Virus record (IMG/VR): IMGVR_UViG_3300006930_000006
Reading direction: 5' to 3' (one strand)
DNA: 64,000 bases
From: an uncultured virus (IMG/VR IMGVR_UViG_3300006930_000006)
Lineage: Duplodnaviria > Heunggongvirae > Uroviricota > Caudoviricetes
Shown here: piece by piece, positions 33,281 to 42,946 of the stretch
Numbering within the stretch: the stretch's first letter is position 1
Layout: the number at the start of each line of letters is the position of its first letter
The notes under the pieces: generated by a model
Database searches by the model: none
The model's input: the letters and a program-made list of their open reading frames with translations, nothing else
Told to the model about the DNA's origin: nothing
Program-made: the position numbers and the translations under genes

Positions 33281-33554
33281 AATATAAACCTTTCTTATAT
33301 TGGTTGAGATACACCATTGCATCTCATAATTACCCTTATAATATACTATCTTTAATTTGTCAAATACTTTTTCAATTTATTTTATAACTTATTGATTTAA
33401 CAATTTAATAATAGCATTTTTGCTTAGTTTTACGATAGTTTTCTTCTTATTAGGAATAACACGTTGAGAATAGATCCTGGATTTACCACGGTAGAGAAGA
33501 TCTTGATTGATTTTGAGTATTTTCTTTTTCATAAGTATCTAGCTTTCAGAAAAA

Positions 33555-33630
33555 TGGAGCCCTCTGCAAGCTTTGCACTCGCGACCGATGGTTTACAAAA
33601 CCATTGCTCTACTAACTGAGCTAAGAGGGC
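33555..33630 (-). tRNA. tRNA-Thr(TGT) with atypical T-loop
   Basis: GCCCTCT acceptor, ATGGT-TTTGTAA-ACCAT anticodon arm, T-loop TGCAAAG, CCA. Confidence 0.9.
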
Positions 33631-33641
33631 ACATAAAAAAT

Positions 33642-33717
33642 TGGTAGCGGGTGTCAGATGTGCGCTGACGATCTTTTGGTTATGAGCCAAACGAGATAAC
33701 TACTTCTCCAACCCGCG
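33642..33717 (-). tRNA. tRNA-fMet(CAT) with atypical T-loop
   Basis: C1:A72 mismatch (CGCGGGT...ACCCGCT-ACCA), TTTGG-CTCATAA-CCAAA, T-loop CGCACAT. Confidence 0.85.
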
Positions 33718-33737
33718 ACAGTAATCATATTTATATT

Positions 33738-33815
33738 TGGTGGATGCTGTAAGATTCGAACTTACGACAACACCGTTATGAGCGGTGCGTTCTAACCGGG
33801 CTGAACTAAACATCC
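33738..33815 (-). tRNA. tRNA-CAT (Ile2 more likely than elongator Met)
   Basis: GGATGTT acceptor, CACCG-CTCATAA-CGGTG, canonical TTCGAAT, CCA. Confidence 0.88.
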
Positions 33816-33933
33816 ACAATTTTAGGGGATCCTGTTAGGTTAGTCTAAAGGATCCCCACACCATTTGATTGCAGTATCTGTCTGCAAAAACATATATAAC
33901 ATACTTGTTCTAGTTTGTCAACAACTTTTTTAA

Positions 33934-35553
33934 TTATATTGACATATTTTCTATATCTGCCGGTGTATCACTTGGTTTAGTAATAATAGTAACTTGAGTT
34001 GTTAGTACCAAGCTTGCTACAGAAGCAGCATTTTCCAAAGCAGTTCTTACAACTTTGGTTGGATCTATAATACCATTTTCTACTAGGTTAATAATATCCG
34101 TATTATCTGATGATACATTATATCCTAAAGCATTATCATTCTTTGCTAAAAGCACTTTAAGTAAATAAGTATCCTCTAGTCCAGCATTGATTAAAATCTG
34201 TCTAAATGGTTCTTTTAATGCTTTTCTAACAATATCAACACCTACTCTAAAATCTTCAGTTGAGTTTTCAATCACTAGTATTAAGTTCTCAGATGCATAT
34301 AATAAAGCAGTTCCACCACCAGGGACAATACCTTCTTCAACAGCAGCTCTGGTTGCGTGTAAAGCGTCGTCAACACGGTCTTTTCTTTCTTTAACTTCAA
34401 CTTCGGTAGCACCACCAACTCTAATGATAGCAACTCCACCTAACAGTTTTGCTAAGCGTTCTTGCAATTTCTCTTTTTCAAAGTCGGACTTGGATTCTGC
34501 GATCTGATTTTTGAGTAAATTACATCTAGATTCTACCTCTGTTCCATTACCACCAATAATAACAGTGTTTTCTTTATCTACTCTAATCTTATCACATTGT
34601 CCTAATTGTTCTACTGTGGTCTTTTCTAATGTCATACCGGATCCATCAGCAATCATAGTTCCACCAGTTAGAATAGCGATATCTTCAAGTATAGCTTTTC
34701 TATTGTCGCCGAAACTAGGTGCCTTTGCTACACAGATCTTTAATCCGTTCTTAATCTTATTCAGAACCAATGTTCCAATTACAGAGTTATCAATATCTTG
34801 GCAGATTACCATAAGAGGTCTGCCGGTCTTGATAATACCTTCTAATAGTGGTAATAAGCACTGGACACTGTCAATTCTTTTATCAGTTGCAAGAATATAT
34901 GGTTTATCTAATTCACAAGTCATTTTATCTACATTAGAAGAAAAGTAAGGTGATACCATTCCTTTATTGAATTGCATACCTTCAACAACTTCCATTTCAG
35001 TTTCTAATGATTTTGCTTCTTCTACTGTAATAACACCATACTCACCAACTTTGCTCATAGCCTCGGCAAGAATATCACCAATTTCTTTTTCACCATTGGC
35101 TGAGATAGTTCCTACTTGTGAGATCTCTTCTTTAGAACTAATTTTCTTACTACGTTTTTCTAATTCTTCCTTAACGTGTGCAACAGCTGACTCAATACCT
35201 TTCTTAATACCCATTGGTTTATAACCAGCACTAATAGCTTTTAGACCTTCCTTAATGATAGCATAACCTAATACGGTAGCAGTAGTAGTTCCGTCACCAG
35301 CAATATCATTGGTTTTGCTTGCAACTGATTTTAATAGTTGAGCACCAAGATTTTCAAAACGATTTTCTAATTCTATTTCTTTTGCAACAGATACACCATC
35401 TTTGGTAATTCTTGGAGCACCATAGGTCTGTTCTATTACGACATTACGTCCCTTTGGTCCAAGTGTTGCTTTTACGGCATCTGATAAAACTGTAATACCT
35501 TTATATAAGCTTTCTCTAGATGCGTCATTAAATTGTAGTTCTTTTATTTTCAT
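33934..35553 (-). CDS. groEL: Chaperonin GroEL (alphaproteobacterial type)
   Basis: TLGPKGRNV, ITKDGVSVA, GDGTTTATVL, QVGTISANG, KERKDRVDDALHATRAAVEEGIVPGGG; late promoter at 35620-35627. Confidence 0.98.
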   Translation of the reverse strand: MKIKELQFNDASRESLYKGITVLSDAVKATLGPKGRNVVIEQTYGAPRITKDGVSVAKEIELENRFENLGAQLLKSVASKTNDIAGDGTTTATVLGYAIIKEGLKAISAGYKPMGIKKGIESAVAHVKEELEKRSKKISSKEEISQVGTISANGEKEIGDILAEAMSKVGEYGVITVEEAKSLETEMEVVEGMQFNKGMVSPYFSSNVDKMTCELDKPYILATDKRIDSVQCLLPLLEGIIKTGRPLMVICQDIDNSVIGTLVLNKIKNGLKICVAKAPSFGDNRKAILEDIAILTGGTMIADGSGMTLEKTTVEQLGQCDKIRVDKENTVIIGGNGTEVESRCNLLKNQIAESKSDFEKEKLQERLAKLLGGVAIIRVGGATEVEVKERKDRVDDALHATRAAVEEGIVPGGGTALLYASENLILVIENSTEDFRVGVDIVRKALKEPFRQILINAGLEDTYLLKVLLAKNDNALGYNVSSDNTDIINLVENGIIDPTKVVRTALENAASVASLVLTTQVTIITKPSDTPADIENMSI

Positions 35554-35799
35554 ATTATCTCCTCGTAAGTTTCACTTTGGATCCTAGCATAACACTAGGA
35601 TCCGTTCCGTTAGTAATTTTATTTATAACTAAAGTTGATATTTAGATCTTTAGCTCTTTTTGTGGCAATCTCATACATATCTTTTAATGAATTGTCAAAC
35701 TCATTTTTGTTCTTTTCTGTTGGATCCGTTCTGTACACGTTTCTATTGAAGATTGTTCTAGCAATAGATTCTTGCAATTCAGCATTCATAAGTATTTGT

Positions 35800-37605
35800 T
35801 TAATCATTGTTTACCTCTAGTTTGTATGTATCCCGCATAACGAATTCAGTTGCTTTGCCTTCGTTCCAAGAAGCAACTGGGGTCAAATAACCAACTACAC
35901 GACTATATACTTCGGTATCTTTTCCACAATCTGGACATTTTTCTACTTTACCTTTTATATAACCGTGGTTTCTACAGATTGAAAATGTAGGTGTAATACT
36001 CAAGTATGGCAAGGAGTACTTGGTAAAACACCACTTTATAAATGATGGTATAGAAGACCAATCCGTAATCTCCTCACCAACAAAAGTATGCAACACCGTT
36101 CCACCGGTATATGCAGATTGTAATTCATTTTGATTTTCTAGAACCTGATAGATATCTTTACCACAGTTTACTGGCACTTGAGATGAGTTAGTATAGAATA
36201 GAACCAAGTCTTGTGTTCCATCATTGATACCAGTAGCAAAGTGTGCATTGGGTAATTCTCTATCCTTATTGGCTAATCTATATGAAGTTGACTCGGCAGG
36301 AGTTGCTTCAAGATTGTAATTGGTTCCAGTTTCTTCTTGAAATTCTAAGCACTTATTACGCATAAAGGCAAGAATCTCTAATGCTAGTTTCTTTCCCTCT
36401 TCGGTTGTAATATCAGATCTGCTAGGTAAAAAGTTAAGTAAGCATTCGTTCATACCAACCAATCCGATAGTTGAAAAGTGATTAGCAAAGTAAAAACCAG
36501 ACTTTTTCTTAATGTTCCGTAGATAAAATTGACTATACGGGTATAACCCGTTATCAGCTAACTCTTCAATTACTTTACGTTTTAGTTCTAAACTTTCTTT
36601 TGCAGTATCCATTACTTCTGCTAGCATAGTAAATAATTGTTCTTTGTTCTCGGCTTTATAACCAATCCTTGGTAGATTAATAGTTACTACACCAATGGAT
36701 CCGGTCAATGGTTTTGCACCGAATAAACCACCGTTGGAGTGATTTAACTTAGTAAGGTCAAGCCGGAGCCGGCAGCACATACTTAAAGCATCGTCTGCAG
36801 ATACAGAAGAATTGATATAATTAGCAAAGTAAGGTATACCGTACTTGGCAGTAATTCTCCATAGATCTTCCAATACTGGATTGTTCCAGTCAAAATCCTT
36901 GGTTATGTTGATAGTTGGTATAGGGAAAGTAAATACTCTACCATTGGCATCTCCTTCTGACAATACATCAAAAAGTGCCTTATTAAATGTATTCATTTCT
37001 TCTTGGTAATCAGCATAGGTATCTTCTAAGAATTCCCCACCGATTATAACTTGCTCGGTTTTCATAGAATTAGGTACCGTCAGATCCAGTGTGATATTGA
37101 AGAAAGGTGTTTGAAATCCAACACGAGTGCTCATATTCATCTGATAAACGAAGTTCTGTAGTTCTTGTCTTACTTGTTTATAAGACAAATTATCTGCTCT
37201 GATATATGGAGCTAGATAAGTATCAAAGTTACTTAGTGCTTGAGCACCAGAAGCTTCCCCCTGTAAAGTAAAGATAAAAGCTACTATTTGTCCTAATGCA
37301 GAACTAAAGTGTTTTGGTGGTTTTGCACATACTTTATAAGATACACCAGTAAATCCACAAGATAGAATATCATATAGATTCCATCCCATACAATAGCAGC
37401 TTAAAAGTCCTAAGTCGTGGATATGCATTTCTCCATTGTCATAAGCTTTCTTTATTCTATCTGTATATACTTTATCTAACCAGTATCTTTTTGAGTCTTC
37501 AGAAGATAGATAGTTATTAAGACCTTGTAATGAATAACCCATATTAGAGTTTTCTTTAACCTGCCAGTCTTTTCTTTTAAGGTATTTCTCAACTAATTCA
37601 GACAC
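35800..37605 (-). CDS. nrdD: Class III anaerobic ribonucleoside-triphosphate reductase
   Basis: HIHDL, FTFPIPT, SMCCRL, EATPAES, YTGGTVLH, CxxH/CxxC, YSRVVGY glycyl radical loop. Confidence 0.96.
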   Translation of the reverse strand: MSELVEKYLKRKDWQVKENSNMGYSLQGLNNYLSSEDSKRYWLDKVYTDRIKKAYDNGEMHIHDLGLLSCYCMGWNLYDILSCGFTGVSYKVCAKPPKHFSSALGQIVAFIFTLQGEASGAQALSNFDTYLAPYIRADNLSYKQVRQELQNFVYQMNMSTRVGFQTPFFNITLDLTVPNSMKTEQVIIGGEFLEDTYADYQEEMNTFNKALFDVLSEGDANGRVFTFPIPTINITKDFDWNNPVLEDLWRITAKYGIPYFANYINSSVSADDALSMCCRLRLDLTKLNHSNGGLFGAKPLTGSIGVVTINLPRIGYKAENKEQLFTMLAEVMDTAKESLELKRKVIEELADNGLYPYSQFYLRNIKKKSGFYFANHFSTIGLVGMNECLLNFLPSRSDITTEEGKKLALEILAFMRNKCLEFQEETGTNYNLEATPAESTSYRLANKDRELPNAHFATGINDGTQDLVLFYTNSSQVPVNCGKDIYQVLENQNELQSAYTGGTVLHTFVGEEITDWSSIPSFIKWCFTKYSLPYLSITPTFSICRNHGYIKGKVEKCPDCGKDTEVYSRVVGYLTPVASWNEGKATEFVMRDTYKLEVNND

Positions 37606-37758
37606 TTAATCATTCTCCTTTTGATTTTTTAGTTCTTCTATTAACTTTTGGCTTGAAATTATATAATCTTGTACTTTGGATTCTACCATCTTTAACTGCA
37701 TATCAAAAGAAGGCAACAACTCAACTTGATAAGATTGCATTGGAATTCCTCTTATAGA

Positions 37759-38790
37759 TTATAGGTTTATTTTTTTGAAACTATTAAACTTTAGCGTAGC
37801 ATTCATACTACTAAATGTAGAAGTATTTATAAGTTCTAGCACATCTTCAGCAGAATACCCAGATAGTATTAAGTCATTGATATCCTTAAAATTGTCCTTG
37901 GATTGCCAGATTACTATATTAAAATTATTTTTAATTATTTTTTCATAGATTTTGAGTACTTCTTTGTTCCTCGGTTCGTTATCCAATATCGCAACAACAT
38001 CAAGTCCATCACTATGTAGTTGTTCTACAATATCAAAAATACCAGAAGCACCTTGTGCAGATAAGCAATTTGGTATAAACATAGAATCAAACTGTCCTTC
38101 TACTACATATATTCTCTTTGTAAAATCTATTCTATCCAGACCAAAAACCATCTTTCTTTCAGAATTCAATGAGATAGTTATATACTTAAATCTTTCATCT
38201 ACTTTATTCAATGACCGACCAGCAAATCCAACGATTCTATTCTTCTCGTCTCGGCAAGGGATAACTATTCTTTCTTCATTGTCATTAAAGGTGGTAAACT
38301 TACCCGGAATAATAGTATTGACCCATCTACGAAAATCGGTTACATAGTATAATCTTTCATACCAATCCACTGGTATTTTTCTTTTGGATAGATATTCTTT
38401 GGCTTTATGTTCTGATTTTAATTCTGATACTTTATAGAGTTCGTGAAAGTCTACAGTTTTGACATCTTCCTCTTTAGGAATAACTGGTTCTTCTGTAGCA
38501 GTCTTCCAGCTTAAGTCATTGTTATTTTTGAATTTGTCATAATAGTATTGTTGTACCAGATCCGGTGCAACTTGTTTTAGAAAGGTTACTAGACCCATAG
38601 ATGCCGAGCAGTTGTGGCATTTATAGTTTATTTTGTCTTTTACCCGATAAAAGTAACCACGTGTTTTTAGTTTAGATGATTGAGAATCCCCGCATATTGG
38701 ACATCTGAAGTTCCACAGATAAGATTCTTTTCTCTTGAAATTGGATAGTCTTGTAGATACTATGCCAATATACTTTAAATCGGTTAACAT
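37759..38790 (-). CDS. gp61: DNA primase (T4 gp61)
   Basis: CPICGDS...CHNC zinc finger, RIVIP, GRS, VEGQFDSMF TOPRIM, DNEPRN, KDIND. Confidence 0.96.
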   Translation of the reverse strand: MLTDLKYIGIVSTRLSNFKRKESYLWNFRCPICGDSQSSKLKTRGYFYRVKDKINYKCHNCSASMGLVTFLKQVAPDLVQQYYYDKFKNNNDLSWKTATEEPVIPKEEDVKTVDFHELYKVSELKSEHKAKEYLSKRKIPVDWYERLYYVTDFRRWVNTIIPGKFTTFNDNEERIVIPCRDEKNRIVGFAGRSLNKVDERFKYITISLNSERKMVFGLDRIDFTKRIYVVEGQFDSMFIPNCLSAQGASGIFDIVEQLHSDGLDVVAILDNEPRNKEVLKIYEKIIKNNFNIVIWQSKDNFKDINDLILSGYSAEDVLELINTSTFSSMNATLKFNSFKKINL

Positions 38791-38844
38791 ATAGCAATCT
38801 CCTTCTAATTAAGTTGCTATAATATATCTAATTTAGAAAGTCAA

Positions 38845-39042
38845 TTACTTTTTATATTTTTCTCTTGCAAGGAATTCTTTGAAAGTATTCATCTCTGAGC
38901 ACTTTTTAAGGTATCCACTAGCAGCATCTGCTTTATTGAAGTCTTTTGCCACGTCTTGAGGAATACCTCTTTTCTTAGCAATGTCTGGATTATGAGCAGC
39001 TGCAGCCATTAATTTTGCTTGAGCACAACTTGTTGATGGCAT
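38845..39042 (-). CDS. Small conserved phage protein with C-terminal T4 IP-like peptide
   Basis: MPSTSCAQAKLMAAAAHNP...GIPQ.VAKDF pattern; C-terminal MNTFKEFL. Confidence 0.5.
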   Translation of the reverse strand: MPSTSCAQAKLMAAAAHNPDIAKKRGIPQDVAKDFNKADAASGYLKKCSEMNTFKEFLAREKYKK

Positions 39043-39043
39043 C

Positions 39044-39391
39044 TTACTTGTCCTTTTGTTGTTCGTAATAGTTCTTATATTCTTGTATAATCTGATATTG
39101 TAATCTTAAACGGGATTGCAACTTCTCGGCATTGATTGTTAGAGTCTCATAACTCTTTGGACTCATACCAATAATAGCAGGATCCTTTACAGTCTTCTTT
39201 AATTCTTTGAAAGTGTCTGCTTGGTTCTTTTCAGTAACTATAACCATCGGAAAGTATTCCAATGATAATGGAGCAGGATCCTTTATGTTTAATGGTTGTC
39301 TAGCTACGCATTCGGTGCCAGTAGAAGCACAAGAAGATAGTATGATACTACTTAAAGTAACTAGGGCAAACTTTATTGATAACTTTACCAT
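39044..39391 (-). CDS. Outer-membrane spanin (lipoprotein)
   Basis: Signal peptide with lipobox LSSC; overlaps the upstream i-spanin gene. Confidence 0.8.
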   Translation of the reverse strand: MVKLSIKFALVTLSSIILSSCASTGTECVARQPLNIKDPAPLSLEYFPMVIVTEKNQADTFKELKKTVKDPAIIGMSPKSYETLTINAEKLQSRLRLQYQIIQEYKNYYEQQKDK

Positions 39392-39806
39392 TTTTCTCGT
39401 CCTCTGTTAATTTTGCACCAGTTGCTAATTCTATGCAACGAATTCTTTGCTTTTCAGCTTCATTTAGTATTGTGGCAACCAAACCAGGTTTAGATGCTAC
39501 CATCGTTGCCCAGTCGTGTTCGTTGAATTTCTTACGCAAAGCTTCCAACGAAGCAGCTGCATCTTGATTTAATTGATTGAGATGGTCATTAGCTGTTCTT
39601 ATATCAGCCATATCTCTTTCTAAACCAGCTATCACTTTATTCTGATAATTTACGGTAGATTCTAATTTTGTGATATCTTCTTTTAATGATGTAATCTTAC
39701 CTTGTGACCATACATAATAACCATATACCAATCCAGCACAGGCTACAATCGCAAAAAAAGCCATAAACTTTGGCTTCTTTAGTAAACTAAGTATAATACC
39801 CAGCAT
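39348..39806 (-). CDS. Inner-membrane spanin
   Basis: N-terminal TM, long coiled coil, KPGLV and C-terminal Cys residues. Confidence 0.8.
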   Translation of the reverse strand: MLGIILSLLKKPKFMAFFAIVACAGLVYGYYVWSQGKITSLKEDITKLESTVNYQNKVIAGLERDMADIRTANDHLNQLNQDAAASLEALRKKFNEHDWATMVASKPGLVATILNEAEKQRIRCIELATGAKLTEDEKNGKVINKVCPSYFK

Positions 39807-39807
39807 A

Positions 39808-40576
39808 TTATCTTCCTTTTACAATTTCAAACTTTGAAGTGTTGCTACTCTTTACTTGCACTGGTCTAATTGGATTGCAATAATAATCAATCTCACCAGT
39901 ATAATACCAAGTACCTTCTCCCAGTCTAACCGGAACCACTATCTCAAAGTTCTTTTTATTACCAACAACAGTAAATCCACTAGTAGCATTATTGATATTT
40001 ATACCAACATTATCTGTAATGTTTAGTACATCTTGTCCACTGATTAAGTGCACAATTCTACCAAAGCGGCATTTACGGTACTCTTCTACATTATAGGCAA
40101 TTCTTACTGGCTCTTCTAATGTATAGGAGTCTTTTCTAGATTCCACCAGCACTTTAGCGACCGGTGAAGTATCAAAAAAGAAGAAGTAAAAGAACGCTAT
40201 CGTCATACTATAGATCCAGACTAAAGATACCCAAATCAAAATATGCGTGATACATCCTTTTAACTTATTACAAATGTTCATATTTCTACCTTATTATCAA
40301 CGAAAGTACCGCACCAACTACAGTAACTAATACTAAACCGATAAACCCGAATACTGCCAATTTTACTGGAGCGAACTCTTCTTTATTAACATAATCTTTA
40401 AGCAAATTCTCAACGTAAGCACATATACCGCTTACTTCTTTTCTGACTTCCCTTATTTCATTACGAAAGTTATCTCCACAAGTCTTTTCGGATTCTATAA
40501 TCCGATCTAAATTCTTTTCAAGGTTTTGGACCTTTTCTGCAAAGACCCCCAGTTTTACTTGAATATCTTCTGACAT
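39808..40576 (-). other. Two membrane proteins (39808..40281, 40286..40576), candidate holin/antiholin
   Basis: One TM each, directly upstream of the spanins in a late operon. Confidence 0.4.
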
Positions 40577-40579
40577 CAG

Positions 40580-41398
40580 TTACTTCCTTAAATATACCAT
40601 AGATCCGGTAGCTGAGTTTTTCAATATGATTGGCTTTCTTGGATTGCTTGTAGCAAACTCGTGAATAGCCTTGCCTAACTTGGAAGCACCAACAAAAGTC
40701 CTATACCACTTATTCTTTTCTTTTCCGTGCATACACTTTTGATAGATATCGTGCGGTACTTCAAAAACATCCGCATTAGCGAACTTGCTTCTCTTTACTA
40801 CATTACCAGTTAACCGATTGTCCACTATATCAACATTGCTTGTGGTAGTATCTTCAAGTAACTTCTTGTTTTCGTTCAAAAATTCGTCAAATTTCTTCAT
40901 TTCTAATTTCTCATCTATTGCGGTAAGATGCTTCTTCGTAAATACTTTACCACTGTATTTATAAATCTGTTCATTTAGTATATACGCACGTGAAGTAATA
41001 TCTTCATAGATCTTTATGGTTTTATTATTATATAGATAAGTTCCGGCACTAACTGTCTCAGGTGCTTTCTTATGTTCTAGACAAACTGAGATATATTGCT
41101 TCCCGAGAGCAGTTAGAAAAATACGTTCTACTTCATTAGGTTTCTGTTTGGTGTTTTCTGCAATAATGTATAAGTATGGAGCATAATAATGAAAGGTATT
41201 AAGATTGAATTCTTTATGTTCTATCAAATACTTAAGTTTAATTATACATTGGTCTACACGACTAAAGTATGTCTTCTCGGTTTCGGTTAGATTGCTTTTT
41301 AGCATTCTACCATTTTCGTTTATGATACCAGCTTTATAAGCAGGTATCTTCTTCCAAGATCCATTGATATTCTTAAACAAATTATATAAGTCACTCAT
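40580..41398 (-). CDS. Conserved T4-like late protein with L-x-E cleavage-like sites
   Basis: PAYKAGIINENG and FANADVFEV...KC..GK motifs; internal MKKFDEFLNE and LLED. Confidence 0.5.
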   Translation of the reverse strand: MSDLYNLFKNINGSWKKIPAYKAGIINENGRMLKSNLTETEKTYFSRVDQCIIKLKYLIEHKEFNLNTFHYYAPYLYIIAENTKQKPNEVERIFLTALGKQYISVCLEHKKAPETVSAGTYLYNNKTIKIYEDITSRAYILNEQIYKYSGKVFTKKHLTAIDEKLEMKKFDEFLNENKKLLEDTTTSNVDIVDNRLTGNVVKRSKFANADVFEVPHDIYQKCMHGKEKNKWYRTFVGASKLGKAIHEFATSNPRKPIILKNSATGSMVYLRK

Positions 41399-41399
41399 C

Positions 41400-41792
41400 T
41401 TATAATCTCTCTAGAACTTTCATTACAACATCATCAACCGGTATATCTCTTATATTGAGATTGTCCGGTACACCATAAACAACTTCTGGACACCTATCCA
41501 AATATACTAAAAAGGTCTTTAACAGATAATAATACTCTGGTAATACCTTAAAAAACAATAACCTAATAGGAACTACATCATCCGTAAATACATTGAAAAA
41601 GACAGTTATATGATTAAGAATAAGTCTTTCTCTTAAGTCACCATTGTTCTTATAACGATAAAATAACTTGTTTAGATACTGTGGGATATTAATATCACTA
41701 TTGACATTATTCCTACGGCAGATACCTACACTAAAATCATAATGCTTGATAGCATAATAAGTACAAGTTTCATTACTAAGAACTTCAAACAT
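41400..41792 (-). CDS. Conserved hypothetical protein of T4-like phages
   Basis: YAIKHY, LRERLILNHI...NVF, LLFFK, LKTFLVYL. Confidence 0.6.
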   Translation of the reverse strand: MFEVLSNETCTYYAIKHYDFSVGICRRNNVNSDINIPQYLNKLFYRYKNNGDLRERLILNHITVFFNVFTDDVVPIRLLFFKVLPEYYYLLKTFLVYLDRCPEVVYGVPDNLNIRDIPVDDVVMKVLERL

Positions 41793-41798
41793 TTTATC

Positions 41799-42191
41799 CT
41801 AAGATTCTATAAGTTCTACTACCACGTTATAATCTAACTTAGCACCATCTTTACGAAGATCTACTTGTTGACCTTGTACTTTTTGCATCTTTATATGGAC
41901 TTTAGCATCTTTAATTGGTAATTTAGAAGCAACCCATTGTAAGTTTGCAGTAAAATCATATTCATCTTTTTGTGCTTCTGGAAATGGTTCGGTGAATTCT
42001 AAACCAAAGAATCCTAAACGGTAACCTAATTTTTCAGATAGCTTTGTAGGGCAGCTTTGGAACGAACCACTAATTTGACCAAAGAACTTGTGTAGTTCAT
42101 CAGCAATAGCTGGTGGTAATTGATTACCAACCACTTCACCGAAACTCTCTTGAATAAGCTCGTGTTGTAGTTGATTAAATGTTTTTGTCAT
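41799..42191 (-). CDS. Putative head-associated protein with IP-like leader
   Basis: MTKTFNQL...LIQES; late promoter at 42227-42234. Confidence 0.45.
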   Translation of the reverse strand: MTKTFNQLQHELIQESFGEVVGNQLPPAIADELHKFFGQISGSFQSCPTKLSEKLGYRLGFFGLEFTEPFPEAQKDEYDFTANLQWVASKLPIKDAKVHIKMQKVQGQQVDLRKDGAKLDYNVVVELIES

Positions 42192-42225
42192 TTTAGACTC
42201 CTTTATATATTAAAATCTTATATAC

Positions 42226-42936
42226 TTATTTATACTGACTAAGAAAATGCTTTGTGGATCTTATCAATAGTTCTACTTGTAGACTATTAATACCAAAGAT
42301 GGATTTGTATCTATGAAAAAAGTAGCTATGTTTTTTTGTTATCTTCTCAGGTCTTTTTAATAGTTCCGTTGCCTTACTAATATCTTTGCAAAATAACATC
42401 AATTCACTTGCTACACTAAACCCATAAGCTTCTATCTCACATAACTCCGAATAGTATCTTTTATTCTCGGATCTAGTATGAAAGATATCACATACCCAGT
42501 TATTATACAGTTTTCTACTTTGCCTACGGTGGACCATTTCGTGTCCTAGTACCAGTATCAATTCGTTTATAAAGTACTCTATTCCATCTATATCAAAAAG
42601 AATAGCCTTATCCATTGGATTATGATGTATATTCAATGCGATAAAGTTCTCTTCTGGCTCATACTGACCGGATAGATTAAATCTTTGCTTCTCACAGGTC
42701 TTATCTTTTATTAGAAAGACATCTACACGTTTTAGAGTGTGTTGGATATTTTCTTTTAATATCTTTTTTAATGTTTTCAATGAGATAGGACCATAAGTCC
42801 GTTTGATAAGTAATGGATAGATAGATCTGAATAAACGTCTTTGTATATGGGGGTATTTTGCCGTAAAGATTACTGGTTGTCGTGTATTCTCTTGATTATT
42901 TGGCATAGCATCTCTTTTTCTGTATAATTGCGACAA
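42226..42936 (-). CDS. HEXXH metallopeptidase-like protein
   Basis: LGHEMVHRRQ and YY....EIEAYG motifs. Confidence 0.55.
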   Translation of the reverse strand: MSQLYRKRDAMPNNQENTRQPVIFTAKYPHIQRRLFRSIYPLLIKRTYGPISLKTLKKILKENIQHTLKRVDVFLIKDKTCEKQRFNLSGQYEPEENFIALNIHHNPMDKAILFDIDGIEYFINELILVLGHEMVHRRQSRKLYNNWVCDIFHTRSENKRYYSELCEIEAYGFSVASELMLFCKDISKATELLKRPEKITKKHSYFFHRYKSIFGINSLQVELLIRSTKHFLSQYK

Positions 42937-42946
42937 CCAGTATAAT

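Noticed and set aside
35579..35603. CIRCE operator upstream of groEL
   Set aside because: The inverted repeat GGATCCTAG...CTAGGATCC does not match TTAGCACTC-N9-GAGTGCTAA; it is more likely a plain hairpin
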